DNA of 63,726 nucleotides, counting the filler, from Diploschistes diacapsis (lineage: Eukaryota): assembly GCA_023645945.1 (NCBI GenBank). It is 25 parts of 25 records of this genome, joined end to end, with 100 filler letters (N's around TTAATTAATTAA, not from the genome) between each part and the next. Parts side by side here need not be neighbours in the genome. Positions count along the whole stretch, not along the records: positions 1 to 18,513 come from JALAIB010000411.1; 24 more parts are not named here. One strand, written 5' to 3'. Positions 1 through 12,650 of this stretch are shown in pieces. Each line of letters begins with the position of its first letter. The first letter of the stretch is position 1. The notes under the pieces are model-generated. The model worked only from the letters and a program-made list of their open reading frames with translations. It was not told the origin of the DNA and made no database searches. Position numbers and translations under genes: made by a program.

Positions 1-497
1 GGCCCCCACCCCACGGATCCTAACCCCCGGACGAGAGCAAACAGAAGGCTTGTTTTAGAACCAGGGTGCGGAAGAGAAAAAAAGGCCTGAAACGCTGCAC
101 AGCCTCAATTTTCCTCTTTCGCGCACCCCCACCACGGAAAAACGGTCATGGATCACGTTTCGCTGCTGCTTTCACTGTTGCTGCGCCCACTCGCTGCAAA
201 GAAGAACCTGTTGATCTCAATCTTCATTGCCGCCATTCGATCGAGTCGCAGATCCCCTGCTTACACAACCACCGTTGCTGTCGTTTCCCAAAAAAAACCT
301 TTCGGTTGGGCTCCCCCCACTTTGCGCCCGACCGTCCCTAAATATGTCACTAAGAAGCAGATTAAAAATAGTAAATAATCCCGTAGAAGGTAAAAAATGC
401 CCGATGAATCGAAAGGAGGGAAACCCGCTTTTTGGTGACACTGGTTTTTGCCTCGATGCCGATCCCAGAAACAGGAAAGAAGCCTCAAATACCTGCA

Positions 498-645
498 TCA
501 TGCGTGGAAAGCTGATTGTGGTGGGAGCGTCGCTGGCGGGTACATTGGATACGTGCCTGGCCCAGCGGCTGAGCCTGGTTGCCAGGCGATCGGCGAGCTT
601 TGCGGTATCGCCCCGCTGAAAGACCTTGACCGAGGGTACGCCGAA

Positions 646-679
<34 letters not shown>

Positions 680-1884
680 AGGAGGGAAACGACCACCTGG
701 ACGACTGTTGCTGCGAGGCAACTGCCGCCGCAGAGTCGTGTACGCCAAGCTCGAATCGCTTAGGGCAGCCATCTTCGGTGTGACGGCGCAGGGTGTCGCG
801 ACGTGCGAACCGGTGGCCGCAAAGCTTGCACTCGTGGTTTCTCGCCTTCAGATGAACCTGAGATTATGATTAGCGACAGAAGCTGGAATACAATACGTCG
901 GTGTCTGCCTACGCTATCGTGATGCCTATCAAGATCGGTCTTGCGTTGGAACTTCTTCGTGCAAGGTACGTCCCCAATCATGGCGAGGCATGGATGAGGG
1001 TACTTTCGCTCCGGGTTGTGTGTCTCCAAGTGCGACTTCCAGTTGTAGGAGCGTTTGAACAGTTTCCCGCAGACCTTGCAGTCGTGGGTGGCTTCTTCGG
1101 GAGTGGTCCGCCGACGCTTCTTCTTTATGCGAGCAGCGCTTGGCAGCATCGTGTTGTTGATCTCGAAACGAGGGATACGACCCTCGGGGCCGGCCTGAAA
1201 TTGGCTCATGTATGTTACGGTGTCTTCCTTGGACCATTCCGCATGGGGCCGGTACAGATCCTCTGCTTGCGTCGGCTGCGGTCTGTAGAGGTCTTCGGTC
1301 TGCGATGGTAGCGTATTGGAGCTTGGGGCATAAGATACTGCTGCCTGCGTTGAGGTGCGGGTAAGAATGTCGTCGCCAGCGGCCGATGCGTACCAATCTC
1401 TGGCGTCATCGTGCCTCGCTCGCGGCGTGTACGCACGGTCTGAGCCGTCTGAGGGAGCGTAGGAGGACACGGAGCCTCGATGAGACTGCAGGTTTGAGCT
1501 TGGAGGCGAATGGCAGAATTCGAGGCCTGGAGCCTCGGGGGACTGTGCGCCTACCATGCCTGTCGAAGAAAAGCCAGAGAAGGGATCGAACGCAGCGGAC
1601 AGCATGTCCGAGTGCTGCGACGCCGAGTATTGTGCCTCCATGGCGGGAGCCTGCGACCAGTCTTCGGGCTGCGGAGAGGCAACCATCGGGCTCACCGATG
1701 CCGAGTGCGAGGGACCCATCGGAACCGGATACAAACCCAGACCCCGTGGCGGCGCTTGCTGTCGCGGAGGAGACATGGCAGGAGACATGGGATAGCGCTG
1801 GTGTGGGGCGGAGAAGCTGGGCCTGTGCTGTTGCGTGTAGGGCGAGACGGGCGAGGGTATTTGGTGAGCGGCAGCGTTCATCAT
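498..1884 (-). CDS. C2H2 zinc-finger transcription factor (3 fingers), 2 exons (1884-913, 857-498), C-terminal poly-Ala
   Basis: HDCKVCGKLFKRSYNWKSHLETH, C..CTKKFQRKTDLDRHHDSVH, and after intron 912-858 (GTAGGC..CAG) HECKLCGHRFARRDTLRRH. Basic NLS-like KKKRRR. Stop TGA at 498-500. Start ATG is approximate. Confidence 0.9.
646..678. repeat. (GCT)11 coding microsatellite encoding poly-Ala in the C2H2 protein
   Basis: Perfect trinucleotide run read directly. Confidence 0.95.
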
Positions 1885-4800
1885 GAGGCCAGGCCCGCAA
1901 GCTGTTGAGTTCTTACCAGCGGTTGTTGCTTTGGTAGTGTAGATAGTTACTAGACTTGGAAGTGGCGAGGGAGGATAAAAGGATATATAAGGTTGGAGGC
2001 AAAACGATACAGTCAGAGCGTTGTTGGTACGAGCGTCGAGAGACGGATCTTGTCTTGTATTCCTAGTGCGCGATAGCAGACATAAATGGTCCAAGTCAGG
2101 TAAGGCAGAGACAGGAGGGCTGGTAGCAACCGTGTTTGTACGTCCTGTTCCTGAGTTTAGGGATCGAGGCTGTGAAGTGGGTGCATTCGAGATATATAAG
2201 TTTCAAGTTATGGGACGTAGAACGGGCTCTGGGGCGGGTGGGTACCTGGCAAGGCCATGGTGGGAAGAAGGAAGGGGTCGAGCCAGGGGTGGTGGGTGGA
2301 GGAAGACTATGGTGCATGGGTGTCTGGAAAAGGCTAGGTCGTGGGAGGGAGCCTGGAGAGAGGGGAGAGAAGAAGATCACAGTTCCAAAAGCTCGCCGAA
2401 ACTAGACGTGGCATTATCAGTAGGACTCGAAACTTGAAGTTGACGCATGCCTCACTAGTCGCTGGTCGCCTGGGAGGAGGAGGAGGAGGAGGTAAGGCAG
2501 GCAGGTAGGTAGGTGCATCCCAAAGGACACCAGTGAAAACGGACCCGACAGTTATAGCGTGTTGAAGCGAAGCACAAGGGCTTAGATGGGGGGAGGGGTG
2601 TGCAGTTAGTAACGCATGCATGCAATCGACCAGGCCCCTGCAGACATAACAAGCATAAGTAACTTAAGTCGAGCTGCTGACATAAGTGGTAGATGCAAAG
2701 TCAGAGGGAAAAAGAAAAGTGTAATCGGAGTCAGGTCCGGGGAAAGGAAGCATCATATCAAATGGAAATCTACTTCAAAGATGGGAGCGGAAAAAAAAGG
2801 ATGATCTACAAAGGGGCATCTACGTGAAACATCATCATCGTTAGACATTGTGATTGATTAAATCTACGATTTTCCATGTTCCAGGTTCCATGTTCCATGT
2901 TCGCAGCAGCTAGGGAGTCCGGTTCGGACTCGGATTCGGACTCGGAGTGACGCCAGGCAAAAAAAAAAGAGGGCAACGCGACTATACTCGTATTAGGCTA
3001 GCGTCTCACTTCGGCCACCCATCGGCTGCCAAGGCATAAGCCCCGTAATGAAACTTTTCGTTTTCATTACCCCTAGTATTCAATTCTGCCTTCTAGCTTC
3101 CAGTCTGCAAGTCTGCAGCCGAAGTAGGGGCTGCTTTGGGCTGCTTTGAACCCCCGAGAGCCGATAGACAGACGATATATGGATTTGCAGCAATGCCTAC
3201 TTCCTTCGTAACACGGACTATGGAGTGGTGACTCCCTACTACCCCACTGCGGACGTTCGAACACTATTGAAACTCCTTTTGGCCCCCCCTTTTTTTTTGG
3301 CCCATGAGCAGCCCAAGGGCAGGGAGGGGAACACAAGGAGGACATACTTCTACCGTACAGTTTGGCTCGTTCATATTGTTATACCGCCTACTGATGCATG
3401 CACTTGCTGGTCTACAATATCCACATCGGGGCATCCGTCGACAACTGTGAGGCTTGAACTCATGGGACATGCAAGCCATGCAGCTGTTCATATTTAGCTT
3501 AAATCCTCCACTTCAGCCTCCAGATCCTATCAATAATCTCCACAGCAAACGTTCCGGACTCTACTCAAAATGAGCGAGGTTGGCTTGTGGTGGCGACATA
3601 TCCCGCCCGTGTCGGCGAACACGGCCCCCCGATCCTTGTAAAATCCGTGGTGCCTTTCGCGATTTTGAGTCCCCTTATTTTGAACTTCATCAAGGCAGTC
3701 GAGACGGGGCTCAAGGCCCAACAGATTCAGCAACACAGTGTAGTTTCTAAAGCATACCCTCAGAGACCGTTCCGGTTCCATTCGAGAAAACATCCCCGTG
3801 GTCGTACAGTTGATGCTTGCAAAGCTTCAGAACTTGCCTGGCTTCGCCAATGCTCTATGCCTCGACGACCTTGATGCTCAATCATTGTTTGCACCGCCCA
3901 AAAGCACAGTGCACAATCGGGTAAACTTGCAGCTTTGCTCAGTAACAGCGGCGCCAGTTGGGACCCCTCCTACCGGGCACATTGTATTCCGAGCACAAGC
4001 TTCCAAGACATGATGCTGCGCGCCGCTGCGCCTACATTTACGAGCGCTGCGTATGCGTTCCAAGCAAAGGTGATTTGATATCAATGCTCTCTTATGCTCT
4101 GGGGTATACTCCAGCATGTCCTGATGCAAAGGTCGCCACTGGTTGGCATACCTTTTCTGACAGACTTGCCCATGCTTGCATACCCAGGATAAGCGCTTTC
4201 TGCGGATGCTGGTTCGTGCCTGGAAGTTTTGCGCAATCCAGACCGAAATCGATTTGTAGCGTACGATGCCACCACGGCATAGGGCGAACGGGGCCGAAAG
4301 CGACTAAGATGGGAAAGGGGATCAAGCTAATGATGAAAACGAATCCTGCAATTCTGAATGCTCATTCTTTGAGCACGGCCCCAGTCTAGACGACAACTAA
4401 CCGTTCCTTGTCGGTTTCAGCACTTCCAAAGAGGACATCGCAGGTAGTGAGCAGCCATTTAGGCAGGACTAGTTGAATCCAGCTTCCTCCTTGACAGGTT
4501 TGCCCATTGTACAGATACTATACATGAGAAGTACTGGTTGAGCATGGAGAAGGCAAGGTGGTATCGCCACCCACGATTAGATGCTAACACATTGGCCGCT
4601 CCTTTCTAAAGCAATGCAGAAGAGGGCTCTCATTGCTTGCACGAGAACGGACAACGCAACGCTTTTTGTTGCAAACTTTAGTTTAGCAAAAGCGGATACA
4701 ATTTTGCAATCGGCGCAACACGGAACCCAAAAATAACATGAAGAATTGATACCACAAGAAGAAACTAGCACAAGTCGCAAGACTGAGGCAATATGAGTAC

Positions 4801-7800
4801 GCAATCAGTCGCAGACGTCACATCTTGCACTTGGAGGAGGCTACTTGTATGCCCTTGCTTGGTTTTCAGTCGTGTAACTTCTCGTATGGCTATGCGAAGT
4901 AAAAAAGGAGCTTCTTCCGGTTCCGTTCGTCGAGTGTAGCACCCGTAGTGCGGGTGACTCTATCGTGCTGCATACTACACGTGCAGCAGGTAACTACCCA
5001 CTTTTGGGGACCTTATCAAGTGACACACACCTCTGGCTGGGCTGAGCTTGAAACAAGAGCTTTGTGCCTGTCTCGAGTCATAGACCTGCAAGTATGCTGA
5101 TGTAGTACCTCAAAGTTCGTTATACATGATGTAGGAGCAAAGCAAAAATAAACAATGATTTCGTCATGAGTCTTGCTAATTGTGCATGCTATTGGAAAAA
5201 CCCCATCAGTGTTCCAGGGTAATGAACGTGCGATCTGGAACTTCACCACAGCAACGCGTGCTGCCGCTGCCAGTGAGGTGGACAAGAAACGAAAGGAACC
5301 ACTGAAAGGCAAAAGAATTACGAAAAACCAACAGAGAGCACGGCAACTCGGCATCTCTAGACCTAAGAAACCAGGCGTTGATCGACAATTACCGGGGTAC
5401 GCGAGACATCAATGGTAAGTTGATGATCTGAGCCTTGGTTGATTGGTGAGATGTTGGATTCGTCAGATGGAAAAACACGTGGCCGCTAGGGGCAGGTGGC
5501 GCCCACCCCTTGTCACAACATCACATGTTCTCTTCTACTGTTTTTCGGCCCGGAAACGGTTAGATCCGTCAGTCACACACACACACGGATGGCCAGTCCT
5601 GAAACAAATACTAGCTCCAAACAGATCGACAATCTGAAACAACTCGCTTCAAGCTTGTTAACGTCCCCATCATCATCTTTTGCTTCTGCTTCTGCTTCTG
5701 CTTCTTTGCTTTTGCGTTTGCTTCATAATATTTTACTCTTTGAATATGTGTGTTGCATTCTTCGCCGCCTGCTAGCAACCGACTCCTCTCTGTAGGAGCC
5801 GCTTCTGCAATCCTCACAGAAGTGGTCGTTGGGTAATTTCGGGGTGCTTCGAAGAAGAACAACGTGGGACTCGAACCTACCATGTACACCCTGTTACGAT
5901 TCTCCGAGCGGCTATCGATCATCTCATCCCATCTGTCTCATGGACCTTTCGCATATAGTCTTCCGATCCGACTGATTGGAATTTCAATCTACAGCTGGCA
6001 GATCGTAGCCACGTCCACTGTCTTGCAAAAGCAAAATCCCACGAATTCGGAAGTGCCGGTAGCACGATGATGGCTCGAGGAGGGACCCCGAAGGGCTTTC
6101 GGCCTTGTGTCTTGCCTTTGAAAATGTTCAAGCGGGTAGCACCAAGGCGACAAAATCGAAAAAAAGCAACCAACGGATTGTGTTGACATCGCCCATTCTC
6201 TGCCAGCTTAAGGTTTGCTGATCCGCTGCTTTACCTACGCTTGCAGCTTTGTTGCTTTGCGATCTGCACTCTGTATGGAGCGAAGCTTGTTACCAGCTCG
6301 TGCTAGGCTCCTCCCTACAGCAATTCACACGGGCTGGATCTTGACGTGTGTTACAGCTGTGCAGCAAGGGCGATGTGTGGACAGCTTGGTGTGGAAAACC
6401 AAAATGCAATCAAGTGAGTTATAGCGAGGCACAATCCCGGGGTTGTTCTCTGTGTACCTGAGTTCAAGGAGATGTACGTACACGGCCACCCAGTCACAAA
6501 ATGCACACACATTCTAGCACGTCTAACGGTTCCCACCCTCCCAGCTGCACTGTTCAGAGCTAAAGGTTGTTTCGAGCTCTCACAGATTTCACATCAACCA
6601 TCACTGGTAGAACCCAGGACGCTCCAAACCCCTACGTGGAGAATGTTGGTAGGTGTACGTCCCTTCCTGTAGGAATATGCATCCCATGAACATGAGCCCA
6701 TCCGTCTCCCAGAGGGACTGCTAATGGCTTTTTGGCCTCGCTCCTCGATGTGACCACACCACTTGGTGGAATACGAGGCTAACATCTTCTTTGTCTGTTT
6801 ATTGGACCAATCCACATAGAACCTTGCGCTGGAAATCGGAGAAGTAGTAGGAAATTACCCTAATACTGGCGCTTTCATCTAGAACGGCCTGCAGTTCTTC
6901 TCCCTGCTCCGTCTTGCTTTATTCGCGGCGGCTGTGGCTGAGCTTATCGTTCAATCTAGTCTTTTCCCACCCAAATGAACTTCTGCTTTGCCGCTACTTG
7001 TTCTTTAAGCCTACCCTCCACTGTATTCGCTTCCGGCCATGTCCGACAGCTGGTCAAACCTTGTCTTCAGCTCTCCCACAAGGCTGCCGAGTCCCTTAAT
7101 CATTCGTTTTAGTCCGTCTAGACCTGCGGTGATTGACACGTCAGCATGATGCCCATCTGCGTTTCGTGCATCAACCGTTGAGCCTTGTCTGTTCCTACCT
7201 GGGCCTGGATGCCTGACCAATGAAAGCCTCACTTTTGGTCATCAAGGCTGCCAGGCTGGATGGCTTGGGAATGGGCGAAGGATCAAAATGATCGTGGCTC
7301 TGCCGCACTCCGTTCAACATGCTTTTGGTAGGGGTCGTGTGTGCTTGGTCGCGCGAGCAACTCTGAGTCGACACGCAGCGTCGTTGTAACTGGGGGTCTA
7401 AGTTCAGATGCCAGGATCCTGCACGTTCTATACCCTCTTCAACGCTCTCTTCCTGACCTTACCATCTTCGAGGGGCATTCTCGTAAACCCAGATCGCCGC
7501 GACAAAGGGAAAGTGTGTAGCCTCGAGCAGTAAGATTCGCATGCTGCGAAGCTCCTCACCAGGCACACAGTCGTAGAAGGCGGAAGAGGACCAACGGGAT
7601 AAGGTTCTAGATGCAGGAGCTCTATGTTAGTGCAATCTTCTTACTCGATGAAGCTTTGAATTAATGAAAATTTCCCTCTTTCCTGAAATTGACAAATACC
7701 AGCAAGACTGGACTCATGGTGACCAAGGGACACTAAACATCTGTGTTGATAAGAGGTTCCGGTATGGCCCACGCCTACTGTGACATCCAGTTTAGGACTG

Positions 7801-8949
7801 GAAGCGAAGCAAGAAGGCCTCCCTTAGCGCTTCCGCCAGATAGCAAGTGCCTTAGGTAATGTTCGGCCGACAAAGGACGGAACTGAGCAAGAACGGTTGG
7901 TCTTTACCGGTTCCAGACCATTCATCCTTCTCAGGTCCGCGAGAACTCAAAAGTAGCTGACGAACCAGGCCTTTCCTCTGATCTTTCTGAACAGAAGGGC
8001 GGGAAGGATATTCGTTAGTGGGCACTGTGCTCAACGGCCATGCCAATGTCGATTTGCACAAGCCGGGCTAGATCTTCTAATAGCACGTACCAGATATCGT
8101 GTTGCCGGAGACAAGCCTCACCCTGACGATGCAGGTGCATCTTCTCACCAAGCGATATATCTCTAGACAGAGTATGTACAAACGTAGCACAAATTAGAGA
8201 ATCAAAGGAGAAGTAACTTACTAGAGGCGGTAAATAGTATGTGAGCCAGCGCGAAGCCAAAGCCTGGGAACGTAAGTCAACGTCAGAACTTGAATAGTAG
8301 ATAGATCAGGTAGTGCAGCGCACAAACATCCAGTGCTCGATCACACTTTGTTTGCCAACATCGCTGACTGCCTCTACCACTTTAGCCTTCCGTGACCTGC
8401 GTACCTCGAGGACAAGAATGGAGTGTCTGTAATGTGAATCCTACGTCAGATTTCAACTACCGTAAACACGCTTGCCACGGATCTAATGATGAGGAGCACG
8501 ACAGTCACCTCAGAAGTGCATGAGCGGACGGGTTCAGGCATGCTTTGGGGGTTGTCATGTTTCTGGGGGACGTCTTGTGATGCGCCTCTCTATTCATGTT
8601 GTCTCGCTCAGCCTGGACAATAGAATCGGAGGTCCTATAGGCTAAGACGGATGGAATTCCTTCGGATCCAGCAATGTAATACAATCTTTCGATCATGGTA
8701 CGCGAGCCAATCGTATGATGAAAGCAGAAAACACAACTTACTGAAACCAGTACTGTCCTCTGGCATGGTCCATAACCTGCGCGGTAAGTGTATCAGCAAC
8801 GATTTCTCTTGAAATGGTATTTCGAATGTCCGTATCAAACCGAGCATCATCAGCTCGTACTTGTAACGAGACAAACAAGGGCACCAAAGAAGCATCTGAG
8901 ACAACACAAGCTTCATACCTGGAGCAACTAACGGATTGAATGAGTGTTG

Positions 8950-10670
8950 TATTCTAGGGGAAGGCTGATTACTGAGAAGCTCCAAGGTTGAACGAGCTCT
9001 CCGATATGGGCCCGAGCGAGTGGAGCTGATGGCTCAATTGTATCCGGGGGCAGCACGATTGTAAACAGTTCTGTGCTCACCCAGCTGTGAAAGCCATAGG
9101 ACCAGGAACCTCTTCCCTAAAGGATCGCGCAACCCAGAGCTTGCATAACCTACTCGGGTATATGATAGATGACGGAAAGGAGCGTGATAGAGAGAAACTC
9201 GACATACCTTCGTCAAACCTGTTCGTTAACAAACTGATGAGAAACGTCATCAACAGGATGTCAAATGATACACACAAAACACAATCATCAGTGGAGGTCC
9301 AAGCGTGGGGCTTATGCGCTCTGCCACGTCGAAGCCCATGTAACTGGAACCAAAGAACACATAGACTAGGCTCTATGATATGTGACCAGATGAGACCAGG
9401 TGAGACCAGGTCTCTGACGCGCATCGCGAACGTGGCAAGAAATCCAGGATCCAAGATAAGCACAATGGCAAGGAACTTTAGAAAATCTTTAGTCACCCCT
9501 TTCAAGCGAGGAACGAGGGTGCCAAGGTACGGGTGCACGCTGAGGATTGAAAAACAGGCGAGGAGCAAGGAATAGTGCCTCAAGACTGAGAATATCAAAG
9601 GAGATATCAAGGGTTGCGCAGTCACCAAGCTAAAGCGCCACGATACGTGCAAGCAGGAAGGCCACACCAACCAAAACGATCGCGACATCCCACAGGTTCC
9701 ATACGTCAGTAACGTAAAGGAGCGAGCCCGTATCTCGAAATTCTCCAAGCTCTTCGTATGCGAACGCTGCGATCCAGACATATAATAGGAACTCCAGGAC
9801 TGTAATCCGCTTTAGATAACGCTCGATAAGAACCGCATAGTATAGCGCTAGGAAGGAGGCGAAGAAGAGGGCCTCGAAGAGTTTCTGGCAGCCAGGCACA
9901 CGAAGGCGTGAGCAAGGGTCCGCTCCACGCTGATGATTGTTATTTTTGCGCTTTTGACAAGCATGTAAATTAAACGAATGCCAGAAGATGATTTCGCCGC
10001 GCCAGATAGCGTTGGTAATCTTCTGAACCGACCGTTGGCTGAGAAGTATTTTTGCCTCCGCAATGGTGGCGATCTCCCCGGCATTGAGTCCGATGAATCG
10101 GGCGGTGGGATCTTCTTCCTGCTCATCGAGCGATCGCTTGGTACAGCGTTCAGGATATCCTTAGTCCAAGCCCCCATTTGAGAAGTGGTGTGGTCTCGTC
10201 TGGACCTCCTTGGCGCCCAGAAGGAGTATCAAGGCCATTTCTAGGGGGCTTGCTTGCCTTGAGTCCGCAGAGTCAGTAGTCCAATGCCTCTGACTCCGAG
10301 AGATGGGCTACAAATCTCCAGGCAATTATCTCACAGGCGTAGCCTCTGGTCTCGTTAATGCCACGATCATCACGTTTTGGGTCGCAGTAGTGCCATTTCA
10401 ACGCTCTACAACCTTTGGATAGTAGCATTCATTAGATGATAAGGGGAGAAAGAAGCAAGCTTCTCTGCCCATTGCGTAAATGATCTTAGGTGTATGGGAC
10501 GTTGATTATATCCGATATGTAGCATACCTAACAGTGTGATAGATTGTTACACTAGAGAGTGCACGACCCTCGACGAAGGGCAGCTCTTCCAAAATGACTG
10601 GAAAGTTTGGAGATATTTCTGATCTCGGTGGGATGGGCGGCGACGACGACGACGGTTGTGGCTGCATAAT
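8950..10670 (-). pseudogene. YVC1: Degenerate vacuolar TRP cation channel (Yvc1-like)
   Basis: Segments GINETRGYACEIIAWRFVAHLSESEALDY*, RLRVPGCQKLFEALFFASFLALYYAVL, YVWIAAFAYEELGEFRD, DVWNLWDVAIVLVG and VHPYLGTLVPRLK..DFLKFL lie in different frames, with an in-frame stop at 10273-10275. Boundaries approximate. Confidence 0.8.
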
Positions 10671-11148
10671 GTGAGTTCAAAGATAAAGAGGGGGTATGTC
10701 ACATATCGAGTTTCTAGTCTTGGTTCCGTCTATGCTATGACATTTTATCTGCCTCCCCCACCCGACATGTGACGTACATGGCCCAGGATGGCCTACTGAA
10801 CAGCTTATTCTGCTCAACGCTAAAAAACAGACTCGGAAGCACTTCCTCAGGGCTTGTATCATCATACAAAGACTCCCTGTCTATATATATCTGGAAGTAG
10901 CCTTGAGGCTCTTAATAGGCAATCAACATCCTCTGATCATGGTACCTTATCGGTTATTTTCTACTATATACTTAATCTGACAGTTGTACTACTCAGTTCA
11001 GCCATACCAAATACAATTACTTCCCCTTCTCTTGTCCATGGCCCAGCCAGCATATCGCTCCATCAATTCGAGCACGTTGTTCGCATTCTAGTGAAAAATT
11101 CCGGATCTGCTCCCCAGCTCATGATGTGGGACAAACCTTACCTTTTTA

Positions 11149-12300
11149 TCAGCACCCGCTTCCCCTAACCCCTCTTCCTCCTTCAGCCCCTCTGGCCCAT
11201 TCCTTTCCGCACCTCCTTCGCCTCATTTCCAGGGCAAACACGCCCAGATTTCCCCCGTCCAGGACCAAAAATACCAGCACTGTAGGCAGCAGTACTTGCA
11301 CCCCCTTTATCCTGCGCAACCGCCCCACCACGAATGGGAGCACACACGCGCCCGCCGCACCCATCGCGACTGCAAATCCCACGCCCGCCACGTGTAGGTG
11401 CGCGGGGATGAGTTTGGTGGCCGCCACAGCCGCTGCGGGGAAAAGAGGTCCGATGAAGAAGCCTTCGAAGCTGACGGCAAGGAAAAGATGCGGTTGCTGA
11501 GGGGACGAGGAAGAGGATTGGGTGGAAGACAGCGGGCGAGGCAGATGTAAATCTGCCAGGATTTAGTAGACCTGGCACAGTCAAAGGAAGAAGAGGGAAT
11601 AATGAGCAAAGCAAAAAGAAGCAGAGGAAGTAGGAGCAGAGGAGGTGAGACGGTAGGCAATAGTGACGATAATCGCCACACCAAACACCTCTTCCACCAC
11701 TTTATGCCCCCACACGAGAGCTCACAGGATGCTTTAGATGATTACCAATATAATTTTCGAAGCTCAGGATGAGCCCCGGATACTTTAGGTTCAAGTTGTA
11801 ATTGATATGAAGCATCTTATAAGCTCAGTGGAAGGGGTATTTGGAATGTCAACCATGATTATTATTGCCTGGACAACTTCAATTTGTCACTAGGAGAAGC
11901 CCTTGGGGGTAATTTGCAAGGACATCTTAGCTGCAACAAAGCGTGTGCTCACCAGGATTGCCCCTTTCTCTTCGATACGTCCTCTGACAAAGCCTAGCAC
12001 GACTCTCCCCACCGTAATACCCCAGCCAGAGCTAAAGATCCACCACCTAAGTACCGTATGCGCCATGTAAGAAGCAGAGCACTTCATTTGCGCGCTGCAG
12101 ATGACCAATCCAGGCGTTCCACGCCGCGTCTTCAAGGCCATTGCCGAACGAAGGCGAGCACCAAGCCGATAATGGCGACGGGATAAGGAGGATGCAGACA
12201 TATCAGAAGGTAGCCGGCCAGACGGGAAGAGGGGCCAACCAGGGCCTAGATTGAAAGGGCGAATAAATTTGGCTTGAGGTTGTTATAGATGCTTTGGGGC
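11149..12300 (-). pseudogene. Degenerate MFS transporter (Bsc6/FucP-like)
   Basis: Fragments YLLICLHPPYPV, FGNGLEDAAWNAWIG..ANEVLCFLHGAYG, GITVGRVVLGFV..IEEK, GFFIGPLFPAA..ATKLIPAHLHV..VGFA..GACVLPF. Frameshifted and apparently missing the central helices. Confidence 0.7.
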
Positions 12301-12599
12301 TCATGTTTTGTGTTTGCTTCAGGATGAGGGAACGGGCGGGGGTAGGTGCCGGTGGTGGTTAACATGGTGGTTATGGGGATAGTATCTCTAGGCTCTTGTT
12401 TGCTGGACGGAAAAGTGGTGAGACGGTACTTACAATGCCGCACTGGCCAAGGCTAATATGCACCAGATCGATGATCGCTGCCGACTATAATATTATGTCT
12501 CAAGCTGTGCAGGGTCGGTTTAGACGCGTTGGGTCAGAGGATCCAAAGGCGAATGTTGGATAGGGATAGGCTTAAAGGATCAATAATGCTACTCACCAT

Positions 12600-12650
12600 C
12601 ACTGTCACTGTCACTGTCACTGTCACTGTCACTGTCACCGTCACTGTCAC
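12600..12650. repeat. (CACTGT)n hexanucleotide microsatellite
   Basis: About 8 tandem units, one variant unit CACCGT. Confidence 0.95.

Noticed and set aside
485..772. Poly-Gln ORF and other poly-Ser/Ala ORFs over the GCT repeat
   Set aside because: Alternative frames. Splicing puts the repeat in the poly-Ala frame that completes the third zinc finger.
5855..5885. GTAGGTTCGAGTCCCAC (minus strand), like a tRNA T-arm/B-box
   Set aside because: The T-stem has a mismatch, and I could not find an A-box, anticodon arm or matching acceptor stem. At most an isolated B-box or relic.
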